Source of the DNA: Macrostomum lignano
Lineage: Eukaryota
Assembly: GCA_002269645.1 (NCBI GenBank)
Contig: NIVC01002566.1
Span: forward strand, 97,205-161,204
DNA length: 64,000 bases
Direction of reading: 5' to 3'
A model generated the notes under the pieces. That model was not told the origin of the DNA, ran no database searches, and saw only the letters and a list, made by a program, of their open reading frames with translations. A program made the position numbers and the translations under genes. Shown here piece after piece: positions 1 to 9,263 of the stretch (position 1 is the first letter of the stretch; the number at the start of each line of letters is the position of its first letter).

Positions 1-14
1 TTCGAATTGCAACA

Positions 15-1089
15 ATGGTGGCTACTGAGAAGCTCATCTTCGTCTGCCTTCTGGTCATGGCGTCTCTCGCTGCTGCTGAGGTGAGCTGACACTTGGCAAG
101 CGTTTAGGTGAGGGGGGGCGGTTCGACTTTGACGGTGCTGTAGTGTCTTGAGCCCTGACATTGGCCACTGAACCAGCCCTGACAATGGCCACTGAACCAG
201 CCCTGACATTGGCCACTGAACCAGCCCTGACATTGGCCACTGAACCAGCCCTGACTATGGCCACTGAACCAGCCCTGACTATGGCCACTGAACCAGCCCT
301 GACAATGGCCACTGAACCAGCCATTACAATGGCCATAAAATTGCTGTCGCTTTTCCAGAAACTGGAATCGCCCGAGATAGAAGAGGAGGTTAAGGCTGTA
401 GACAGGCAGCGTCACAGGCACCATGGTCACCACCGTGAAGGCGCTCTGCCATCGAGCCGCCACCGCAGCCCCCACGGGCATCATGCTAAGCACGGACGGC
501 ACCACCACGCCAAGCACGGGTCCAACGTTGACAGACGAGCCGCCCTAGCCGACTTCAAACGCGCCGCCCTTTCGGACTTCAAACGTGCCGCCTTAGCCGA
601 CTTCAAACGTGCCGCCCTTTCGGACTTCAAACGCGCCGCCTTAGCCGACTTCAAACGTGCCGCCCTTTCGGACTTCAAACGTGCCGCCCTCTCGGACTTC
701 AAACGCGCCGCCCTAGCCGACTTCAAACGTGCCGCCCTTTCGGACTTCAAACGCGCCTCCCTCTCGGACTTCAAACGCGCCGCCCTAGCCGACTTCAAGC
801 GCACGCCCGGGCACCGCAAGCAGCACCACAGTCAGGCCAGCGAGAGCAGGATGTCGCACAACAAAACCAAGTCCCAGGTAAGTAGCACCAAAAAAGGTTG
901 AAAAAATCAATTTTACGCATATAACTGTCTGTGTATAGAACGGTCCTCTATTTAATTCAATTGATCATCATCCTGCAGTCTCACCACCCGAGAGACAGCA
1001 GCGGCAAGCGGTCCTACTACTGGGACGTCTGCAGCCACTGGATCAACGGTCGGGAGCGCCTCTACGTGTGCAAAAAGCAGATCCGTTAA
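15..1089 (+). CDS. Secreted multicopy neuropeptide-like precursor, 231 aa; exons 15-80, 359-877, 979-1089
   Basis: Exon 1 encodes signal peptide MVATEKLIFVCLLVMASLAAAE, then GTGAGC donor at 81. Acceptor ttttccAG at 358, donor CAG|GTAAGT at 878, acceptor ctgcAG at 978; all phase 0, giving a continuous ORF to TAA 1087-1089. Contains 11 hexapeptides (5 AALADF, 5 AALSDF, 1 ASLSDF) each flanked by KR/RR. Confidence 0.85.
152..335. repeat. 24-bp minisatellite (gccctgacattggccactgaacca), about 7.5 copies, in intron 1 of the precursor gene
   Basis: Direct tandem periodicity. In-frame TGA at 149-151 and the acceptor at 358 place it in the intron. Confidence 0.9.
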
Positions 1090-2180
1090 AGTTTGAAGAC
1101 TGACTGACTCAAGCGACTGTTTAGAGATAAATGACTGTGAGAGTTGACGGAGACAGGTGAGAGTTGGTTGAGAAGGCTAAATATAGTGTAAAAACAAGTT
1201 TATTATCGAAATTATAATTCCCGTCATGTGATTAAACTATAATCTTCAAAATCATAGAGCCGGTTTGGCAACTAAAAAATTTTTTTTATTATTATCTTCT
1301 CACATAATATTGTGATTCAGTTTTGTTTTAATTGTGACTTTCTGTTGTTTTATTTTAATCGGAATCATCGCTTGGCGAGAGTGATTTATTCACTTGTGTC
1401 CAATATTAACCTTGAAAGAATGTTTTGTCTTGTTTCAATTGTAATGCCGGTTGAAGGTAATAATATTATTTATTCAAACACCTTTTTTTCGCCATCAATA
1501 TAATCAAATCCGAAAGTTTGCTTTTGGTGAATCTTTTCTGTTTAACTAACTCGTCACTAAAACTTCTCTTCTTAATACACTGCGCTCCCAAGCAGAGTGA
1601 AACAAACAAAAGGAAATAAAACCGACCGACGTGAGTCTGCACCAGGACTCAATTAACCGAATCGCATTGGTCCCAAAAATGTAAAGTTTTATCAAGGTGT
1701 TGCTTTTATTGATTATTGGTCAGACGGCGATGTCTTCAATTAATTTCAACTCAAATCTCCACTTCCGATTTTAGAGATCTTCAAAACAGATTTCCAAGAG
1801 ATCATCTTCAGCAGTTTAATTTAACACAATTTATTTTATTTAATCTTTGATTAATTGTAAGTTTGCTTTAACAAAGTCGATTTGCATTGTCTTTCTACTT
1901 TGCCTATTGTTGCTAGCGCACTAGAATTGGGATTATTAAAAAGACAAAAATGACTCCCCGACATCTGTCTGTACTTTCTCTATTCATCCACTCTGTCTCG
2001 CTGCTTTTTGGCTTCTAAAACAAAATAGAAGGTGAGGACCGCATGACTGACAACTGGGAGATGAAAGGGATTCGATCCGCATGAATGATGTAGCTTGTTC
2101 CAGCGTATACCACCGGTTCTGATATCCTGCCTTAACAAAGAGATGACTGCAGCAGTTTCGGGAATTGCCAACCCCCACGG

Positions 2181-2598
2181 CATCAATCGATTTGATCAAT
2201 CAATAATCGCACCAATCGATTTGATCAATCAATAATCGCATCAATCGATTTGATCAATCAATAATCGCATCAATCGATTTGATCAATCAATAATCGCATC
2301 AATCGATTTGATCAATCAATAATCGCATCAATCGATCTGATCAATCAATAATCGCATCAATCGATCTGATCAATCAATAATCGCATCAATCGATTTGATC
2401 AATCAATAATCGCACCAATCGATTTGATCAATCAATAATCGCATCAATCGATTTGATCAATCAATAATCGCATCAATCGATTTGATCAATCAATAATCGC
2501 ACCAATCGATTTGATCAATCAATAATCGCATCAATCGATTTGATCAATCAATAATCGCATCAATCGATTTGATCAATCAATAATCGCACCAATCGATT
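2181..2598. repeat. 29-bp minisatellite (catcaatcgatttgatcaatcaataatcg), about 14 copies
   Basis: Near-perfect tandem units, each centred on the palindrome ATCGAT. Confidence 0.95.
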
Positions 2599-3519
2599 AA
2601 TAATGGTATCATCTCATAAAACAATAAAACATTCAATCATAGAACTTTAGGCACAGGTAAAATCAAGCAGTTTATAAAACTCGATAAGCAGCTGTGCTCG
2701 AAAAACTGCATGCTATACAAAGTTTACTATCCTTATTTCAATTTTCCCCTCCCCCAAATTTAGGAACAAACATTCATATACATGCACACGGGCAAGAATA
2801 ATGGATACAGAAGCTATAATACAACGCTTACGTCAAACCGATCGCATGACACAGCAGATGACGCTATCCCATCATCGGGAACCGCCCCCCACCGTCACCG
2901 GGCCTTCCTTACATTTCAATTGAGCCCTAAAATCCAGCTAGCTATAGAGAGAAAAGCCAAGCGAAACAAAGCATCAAAGAATGCGAGACAAACATGGAAG
3001 TCACCAGTCCAGGTTGGGATTAGATAGATAGATAGATGGGAGACACGATAAAAGGCATGGCTGCAAAGAGAAAGGCATTTCAAATAAATTTAGCAAAAGC
3101 CGTTGAATACTTGGGCCAGCAGCCAGAGCAGAAGAGAGACTGTATGGCTTTGGCCAGCTCAATGCAGTGAATGAGTTGGCAATTGTTGCTGTTGCCATTC
3201 TCCTCCACAAGCCATGGCCAACACACAACCGCCGCACCCAGTCCCACAGCTGGGAAACAACTCTGCTATTTCGGGCCATGGTTGAATAATTCAGAAAGGC
3301 AGAACGGCATTCTGCTCTGGTGGAGATGGGAGCTGGGAGGCTGCAGGTAGGAGAGGGAGGAGGCCAATGCAGCTCAACTAAAAGCTGAGAGGGATTTTTC
3401 AAGTTTGTTTTTTACAAACATTTTTTCTAACACTTCGTAGCGTTTGCGTGTGAGCTACTGATATACCTGTGTTAGTAGTATTTGAGGCTTTCGCTGAAAC
3501 TACAAAGGCTGAGGACGAT

Positions 3520-4187
3520 CTGAGACGCTGGCCAAGCAACTGAGGATCCAGGAGGCTGGAAGCCCAGCACCTGAGGATCTGGGAGGCTGGCCCAGCAACT
3601 GAGGATCTGAGAGGCTGGCCCAGCAACTGAGGATCTGGGAGGCTGGCCCAGCAACTGAGGATCTGGGAGGCTGGCACAGCAACTGAGGATCTGGGAGGCT
3701 GGCCCAGCAACTGACACTGGGAGGCTGGCCCAGCAACTGAGGATCTGGGAGGCTGGAAGCCCAGCAACTGAGGATCTGGGAGGCTGGCCCAGCAACTGAC
3801 ACTCTGGGAGGCTGGCCCAGCAACTGAGGATCTGGGAGGCTGGCCCAGCAACTGAGGATCTGGGAGGCTGGCCCAGCAACTGAGGATCCGGGAGGCTGGA
3901 AGCCCAGCAACTGAGGATCTGGGAGGCTGGCCCAGCAACTGAGGATCTGGGAGGCTGGAAGCCCAGCAACTGAGGATCTGGGAGGCTGGCCAAGCAACTG
4001 AGGATCTGGGAGGCTGGAAGCCCAGCAACTGAGGATCTGGGAGGCTGGAAGCCCAGCAACTGAGGATCTGGGAGGCTGGCCCAGCAACTGAGGATCCGGG
4101 AGGCTAGAAGCCCAGCAACTGAGGATCTGGAAGCTGGCCCAGCAACTGACACTGGGAGGCTGGCCCAGCAACTGAGGATCTGGGAGG
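3520..4187. repeat. 28/31-bp minisatellite (caactgaggatctgggaggctggcccag)
   Basis: Tandem units; reverse complement of the array at 43381-43778. Confidence 0.95.
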
Positions 4188-5049
4188 GTAGCAGATTAAC
4201 TAAGGCAAAATGGTATAAAACTGATTAAGTACTGAAGAGGAAATTTGTTTAATACACATCTCAGGCACACTACATGCTTTTAAAATTGATGTATTGTGCA
4301 GCACATGACCATTAAAATATGCTAAATTTATATTTCACTCAATAAACCAAGTTCGGCATATTATGAAGATACTGATTGTATACAAACAAGCCGGTACTGA
4401 CAATATTATAACAAAAAACTGAATACATACAAACGAACCAAGCCACTTTCTTAAATAAAAATAAAAAGTTCGCATTGACCTGCACAGAACCAGTGTTTGT
4501 TGCATGCAGGAATCGGTAACTTTCACAGGCAATGTTGCAATACACTATTTTATAAATAGAAAAACACAATTCCTTCGGGTTACATTAAAGTTATGAACAG
4601 AAAATTCGTATAGCCGTATATTCGTATAAAAACATATAGCCTAGAAAAAATAAAAAAACTTCACCACAAAAGCTCAATGTGTAAAATTAGGGAAAATTCT
4701 CAGATAATAAACACACAAAACTCGGCTGGCTACTTACTTGCAAGAGAAGTCGCAGTAGTCAGTAAGGAAAAATATATGTAATTGTTTTATTATTGAATTT
4801 CTACATATATCTGCATATGTTATGTTACATAAAAATGAGAAAACTAATTAGAAAAAGTTAGGCACAAAATAAGGTGTGTAAGATTTTATTGTGCAATTTT
4901 TACCTTTATGCACCTTGTGTTTTCCGCTTTGAGTGCAGCTGGTATACAGGATCTGGGTATACAGCTGCAGCTGTATACCGAGCAAGAAAGAAAAGGGTGG
5001 CCAGCCAGGCCGATAAACAGTCCGGTTTTACTTTTGCCCGCTTGTGCCA

Positions 5050-5365
5050 GACTTTGATTTCTCTCCTTACTGCTCTCTCATTGGCTGAGCTAGCTTGGGC
5101 CTGCCCCTAGGCTGAGTTTCGTCTGTCTGACTTTGATCTCTCTCCTTACTGCTTTCTCATTGGCTGAGCCAGATTGGGCCTGCCCCTAGGCTGAGTTTCG
5201 TCCGCCTGACTTTGATCTCTCTCCTTACTGCTTTCTCATTGGCTGAGCTAGATTGGGCCTGCCCCTAGGCTGAGTTTCGTCCGCCTGACTTTGATCTCTC
5301 TCCTTACTGCTCTCTCATTGGCTGAACCAGATTTGGCGTGTCCATAGGCTGAGTTTCGTCTGTCT
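5050..5365. repeat. 79-bp tandem repeat, about 4 copies
   Basis: gactttgat recurs at 5050, 5129 and onward; each unit carries ctcattggctg. Confidence 0.9.
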
Positions 5366-5452
5366 TGCGCAGACAAACTACTGAGAAAAAATACTCTACC
5401 TATTAATTTGCGAGTGACATATTTGTGGCATTGCTATACTAATCACAGGCTA

Positions 5453-5721
5453 ATTGTAACACGATATAAATGTGTAAAGCGTGCACTAAACACTAAAAGC
5501 ATTTAATGCACGCTAAAAGCGTGCTTAAATGGCTCGTGATCGCGTCTTGGCCGGAGTCATTTAATGCACGAGAAATATATATCGTGTTACAATACTACTC
5601 AATACTTGGTTAACACGTTTTAAATATAGGATTCAATACTTGGTTTTGAGTGCTTAAATGTCTAGGTCACGAGTGCGCGAAGCCGAGACTCAAAACCAAG
5701 TATTGAATATTATATTTAAAA
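5453..5721. repeat. Two adjacent inverted-repeat (MITE/foldback-like) modules: 5453-5593 and 5618-5721
   Basis: Perfect 16-bp IR attgtaacacgatata/tatatcgtgttacaat; 34-bp IR with 2 mismatches (5618-5651 vs 5688-5721). Confidence 0.65.
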
Positions 5722-6043
5722 CTACAATGCTTAAACGTTTGCTTTATTTAAGAATAAAGAAGTTTTATAGTTAAAGCTTTAAACAATTTATCTACTACTA
5801 ACCCCTGCTAATTTCATAAACTGCCGATATCGGAGCTATAATAAAAAGCCACTAAAAGCTAAAATACGACAGGTGCATAACTATAAACCAGTTCGAAGAA
5901 AAACGGAGAACACAATATACTTTAAAAAACGTCTCACCATGAGTTTATTTAGCTACAAAATTACCAAGGCCATTAACAGTACAATACCAACTCTTACTGT
6001 GTGCGCGTGTCTTTGTGACCCAAACAATCTAAATATAATTTAA

Positions 6044-7787
6044 CTAAGATTGGTCGCCGCGCACTTTGTCTCTGGCCGTAGTTGAAGTCGATCCGCCGCC
6101 GGCAACGGCTCTGTCCGCATCGGCACCAATCGAAGCGTTCATCGCTTCCAATTCGTCATAGAGAAAGCTTCTCAACCGGAGCAGGTACTGCGGAAACAGT
6201 TCAATATCGTTGTGGCCGGCGCCTTCAACCCACAGCGGGTCAACTGAGCGGGGCAGGCGCTCATAGATGGCCAGCCCGTGCGCGATGTTGATCACTTCGT
6301 CTTCTGTGCCGTGGATCACCAGGCAGGGAGAGTGGATTCTTGGCGCCTTCTCGATGCTGACGGCAACAAAATAGGGCGGGTTCGTTGAGGGTGGGATGGT
6401 CGATCTGTGCTTGAGGGCTTTTAAGCAGAAACAAGTTTATTTTCTGGAATTTAGCCATAGTGCTGAAGACAGACCCTGAAGCCACAGCCTCTAAAGCCAC
6501 AGCCCCTGAAGCCATTTCCTCTGAAGCCACAGCCCCTGAAGCCACAGCCCCCTCAAGCAATTTCCCCTGAAGCCACAGTCCCCTGAAGCCACAGTCCCCT
6601 GAAGCCACAGTCCCCTGAAGCCACAGTCCCCTAAAGCCACAGTCAGGGCCACAGTCCCCTGAAGCCACAGCCACCTGAAGCCACGGTCCTCTGAAGCCAC
6701 AGTCCCCTGAAGCCACAGCCCCCTGAAGCCATTTCCCCTGAAGCCACAGTCCCCTAAAGCCACAGTCAGGGCCACAGTCCCCTGAAGCCACAGTCCCCTG
6801 AAGCCACAGTCAGGGCCACAGTCCCCTGAAGCCACAGTCAGGGCCACAGTCCCCTGAAGCCACAGTCAGGGCCACAGTCCCCTGAAGCCACAGTCCCCTG
6901 AACCACATTTCCTGAAGCCACATCCCCTAAAGCCACGCCCCTTGAGGCCACATTTCCTGAAGCCACATCTCCTGAAGCCACAGCCCCTGAAAAACGGCCA
7001 AAGCAGCTCACTTGGGAAAGGCATCGAAGAACCATGTCCGGCTGGTGTCCGGAAAAGCCACCCTCAGTCCGGACAGCAGCGGGCTGTGCAGCACAACTCC
7101 TGCAGGGTTGACCCGGGTGGCCAAATCCACAGTTGGCACTGTGCCAATGGACTGGCCATAGAGTACAATCTCTCCTGGGGACAGATTGTACCTGCCAATC
7201 AACTGTTGCCAGGCGCAGTCAATATCGGCGTACAGATTCTTCTCGAGCGGCTGGCCAGTGCTGGCCCCGTAGCCTGAGTAGTCGTAGCTGAACACATTCA
7301 TATTGAGTTTACGGCCGAGATCAATGAGAAAGCCGCTCATTTGGCCCAGATCCACCGCGTTACCATGGGAAAAGAGCAGAGTGTACTTTGATCCTTTTCT
7401 AGAACGTACGGTACGAATCAGTACGCAAGCGATTGTGCTGCCTCTAGCCGTGTTGGCGGTGAAAGCTTCCAGACAGTCGGCCTCGTCCTCTGTGAGCTGC
7501 ATCGCTGGCGGGGCGGCGGCCGGATCTTCCATGTCTGGCGGATTAATCTGGAATCTGGGACTGTGCATGTCGCCAACTAGCGAGTAGGTCGGCCTGGGCG
7601 GCAGGAAGGCCAACTTGGCGGCGATGCGCGACGGTAACGGCGGCCAGCAGAACAGGCGGCAGAGGTCGCGGCAGGTCATGGAGGCGCCGCCGCCGCCGCG
7701 CGCCCCGGCGCCTTCATCCTCGTGAGGCACGTACTGACCGGCGGCCGCTGACGGCGCCGCTCCGTGGTGACGTTGGCGACTGGACAT
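6044..7787 (-). CDS. ABHD17: ABHD17-family depalmitoylase, copy 1, 362 aa; exons 7787-7012 and 6356-6044
   Basis: Motifs [27 protein letters not shown] (nucleophile Ser), HGTEDE (Asp), GAGHND (His). Phase-2 intron AA|gtgagc...tcag|C rebuilds DAFPNIEK. Confidence 0.93.
6474..6991. repeat. 16/28-bp minisatellite (gccacagtcccctgaa) filling the ABHD17 copy 1 intron
   Basis: Tandem units; same family as 10081-10561. Confidence 0.92.
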
Positions 7788-7811
7788 GGAAGGCTAGCGG
7801 AGTCGAGATAG

Positions 7812-8250
7812 GTTAAGGTTGGGTCAAGGTAGGTCAAGGTGGGTCAAGGTAGGTCAAGGTGGGTCAAGGTAGGTCAAAGTAGGTCAAGGTAGGTCAAGGT
7901 GGGTCAAGGTAGATCAAGGTGTGTCAAGGTGGGTCAAGGTGGGTCAAGATAGATCAAGATGGATCAAGGTGGGTCAAGTGGGTCAAGGTAGATCAATGTG
8001 GGTTAAGATAGGTCAAGATGGGTCAAGGTAGATCAATGTGGGTCAAGATAGGTCAAGGTGGATCAAGGTGGGTCAAGTGGGTCAAGGTAGATCAATGTGG
8101 GTCAAGATAGGTCAAGATGGGTCAAGGTAGATCAATGTGGGTCAAGATAGGTCAAGGTGGGTCAAGGTAGGTGAAAATGGGTCAGAATAGGTCAATATGA
8201 CTAAAATAGGTCAAGATACGTAAATATGGGTCAAGTTGTGTCAGTGTGAG
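7812..8250. repeat. 10-bp tandem repeat (r-ggtcaaggt) immediately 5' of ABHD17 copy 1
   Basis: 10-bp periodicity, degenerating towards 8250. Confidence 0.9.
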
Positions 8251-9263
8251 TCAGAATGGGTCAAAGGCATAGCCGGTGGATTAGTTTAAAATCGAATAGA
8301 AGACCTCCACGTCCTCAGTTGATGGTGCAGTTGCGCCCGACCTCAACTTAGCTGCTGGGTGTGCGCATGCAAAAACGAGATGAAATCGATTTAATTGCAA
8401 AATCTACCCACCATAAATTTTGTACTTTGAAAAGTTAAAATTGACACAGAATCAAAGAAATGATTTACAGCTTGTCCAATTAGTAAATTTAACTGTATCC
8501 AAATGATTATTTAAAAGAATATCTATTGAAATATTCAGAAAAAATTGTTTTAAAGTCTAACAGACTGGCGCTCGCTTGACTAATAGTTAGGAGAGTATTG
8601 TAACAAGTTAAATTGACAACAGATTTTTAAATACAAAAAACAACACTGCTTATTCCTGTTACGAGTCTATAAATGTCATATAATGGGTAAAACCAAAAGA
8701 AAAATATGAAATGTAGTTCGCATTCCAAGGAATCAATATGATTGAATGCAGAAACCAGAGAGAGACATGATGTGTGTGTGTAAAGACCATATTTACAAAG
8801 GGAATGCCTATTCAATATTAATACGAGATTTTTCCAAAAAAATTTTAAAAGAAAGCTCTAAAACCGTAAAAAAGCAACTTTAAACGAATACTCTCAGTAC
8901 TTTTAGAATAAACATATTTTAATAAAAAACTCTGGACTTTATAACCATTTACAAATTATAATTTTAATATTTAATATCATATTTTATAGTACATAACAAC
9001 TTTTAATTTAAGTACGCGTGTACTTGTCAAGTACATATGTACTAGTTTAAAACAAAAGTACACGTCACAGTTTGTTACAAAAGTACACAAGCACAGCAAT
9101 AATATTGGACACAGATTCAAGTGCAAATAGTACAATTATATACAGGAACCAATTCGCCTTGAAAATCTGTACATAATAAGTTAATTAAAATAAATATTAC
9201 AATACTTGGACAAGACAAATGCTTTAAACAAGTGAATTGGTAACAGGCAATTCAGTAATCAAA

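Noticed and set aside
161-901. 246-aa ORF starting MATEPALT as a single-exon gene
   Set aside because: The ATEPALTM part is an intronic 24-bp repeat that happens to be in frame; the real gene uses exon 1 (15-80) and the acceptor at 358.
2181-2598. CRISPR-like appearance of regular arrays (also 44222-45925)
   Set aside because: Units are contiguous with no unique spacers, there are no cas genes, and the context is eukaryotic.
3001-3402. 133-aa minus-strand ORF and neighbouring 2782-3027 ORF
   Set aside because: No recognisable motif or convincing splice context in any frame I translated.
3399-4171. Long ORFs over tandem arrays (also 6261-7035, 10197-10678, 18786-19757, 26417-27046, 30390-31385, 43358-43906, 47226-48018, 51558-52630, 53241-53678, 56205-56662, 57061-58005, 59566-60324)
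   Set aside because: They are stop-free translations of minisatellites or microsatellites, open in several frames at once.
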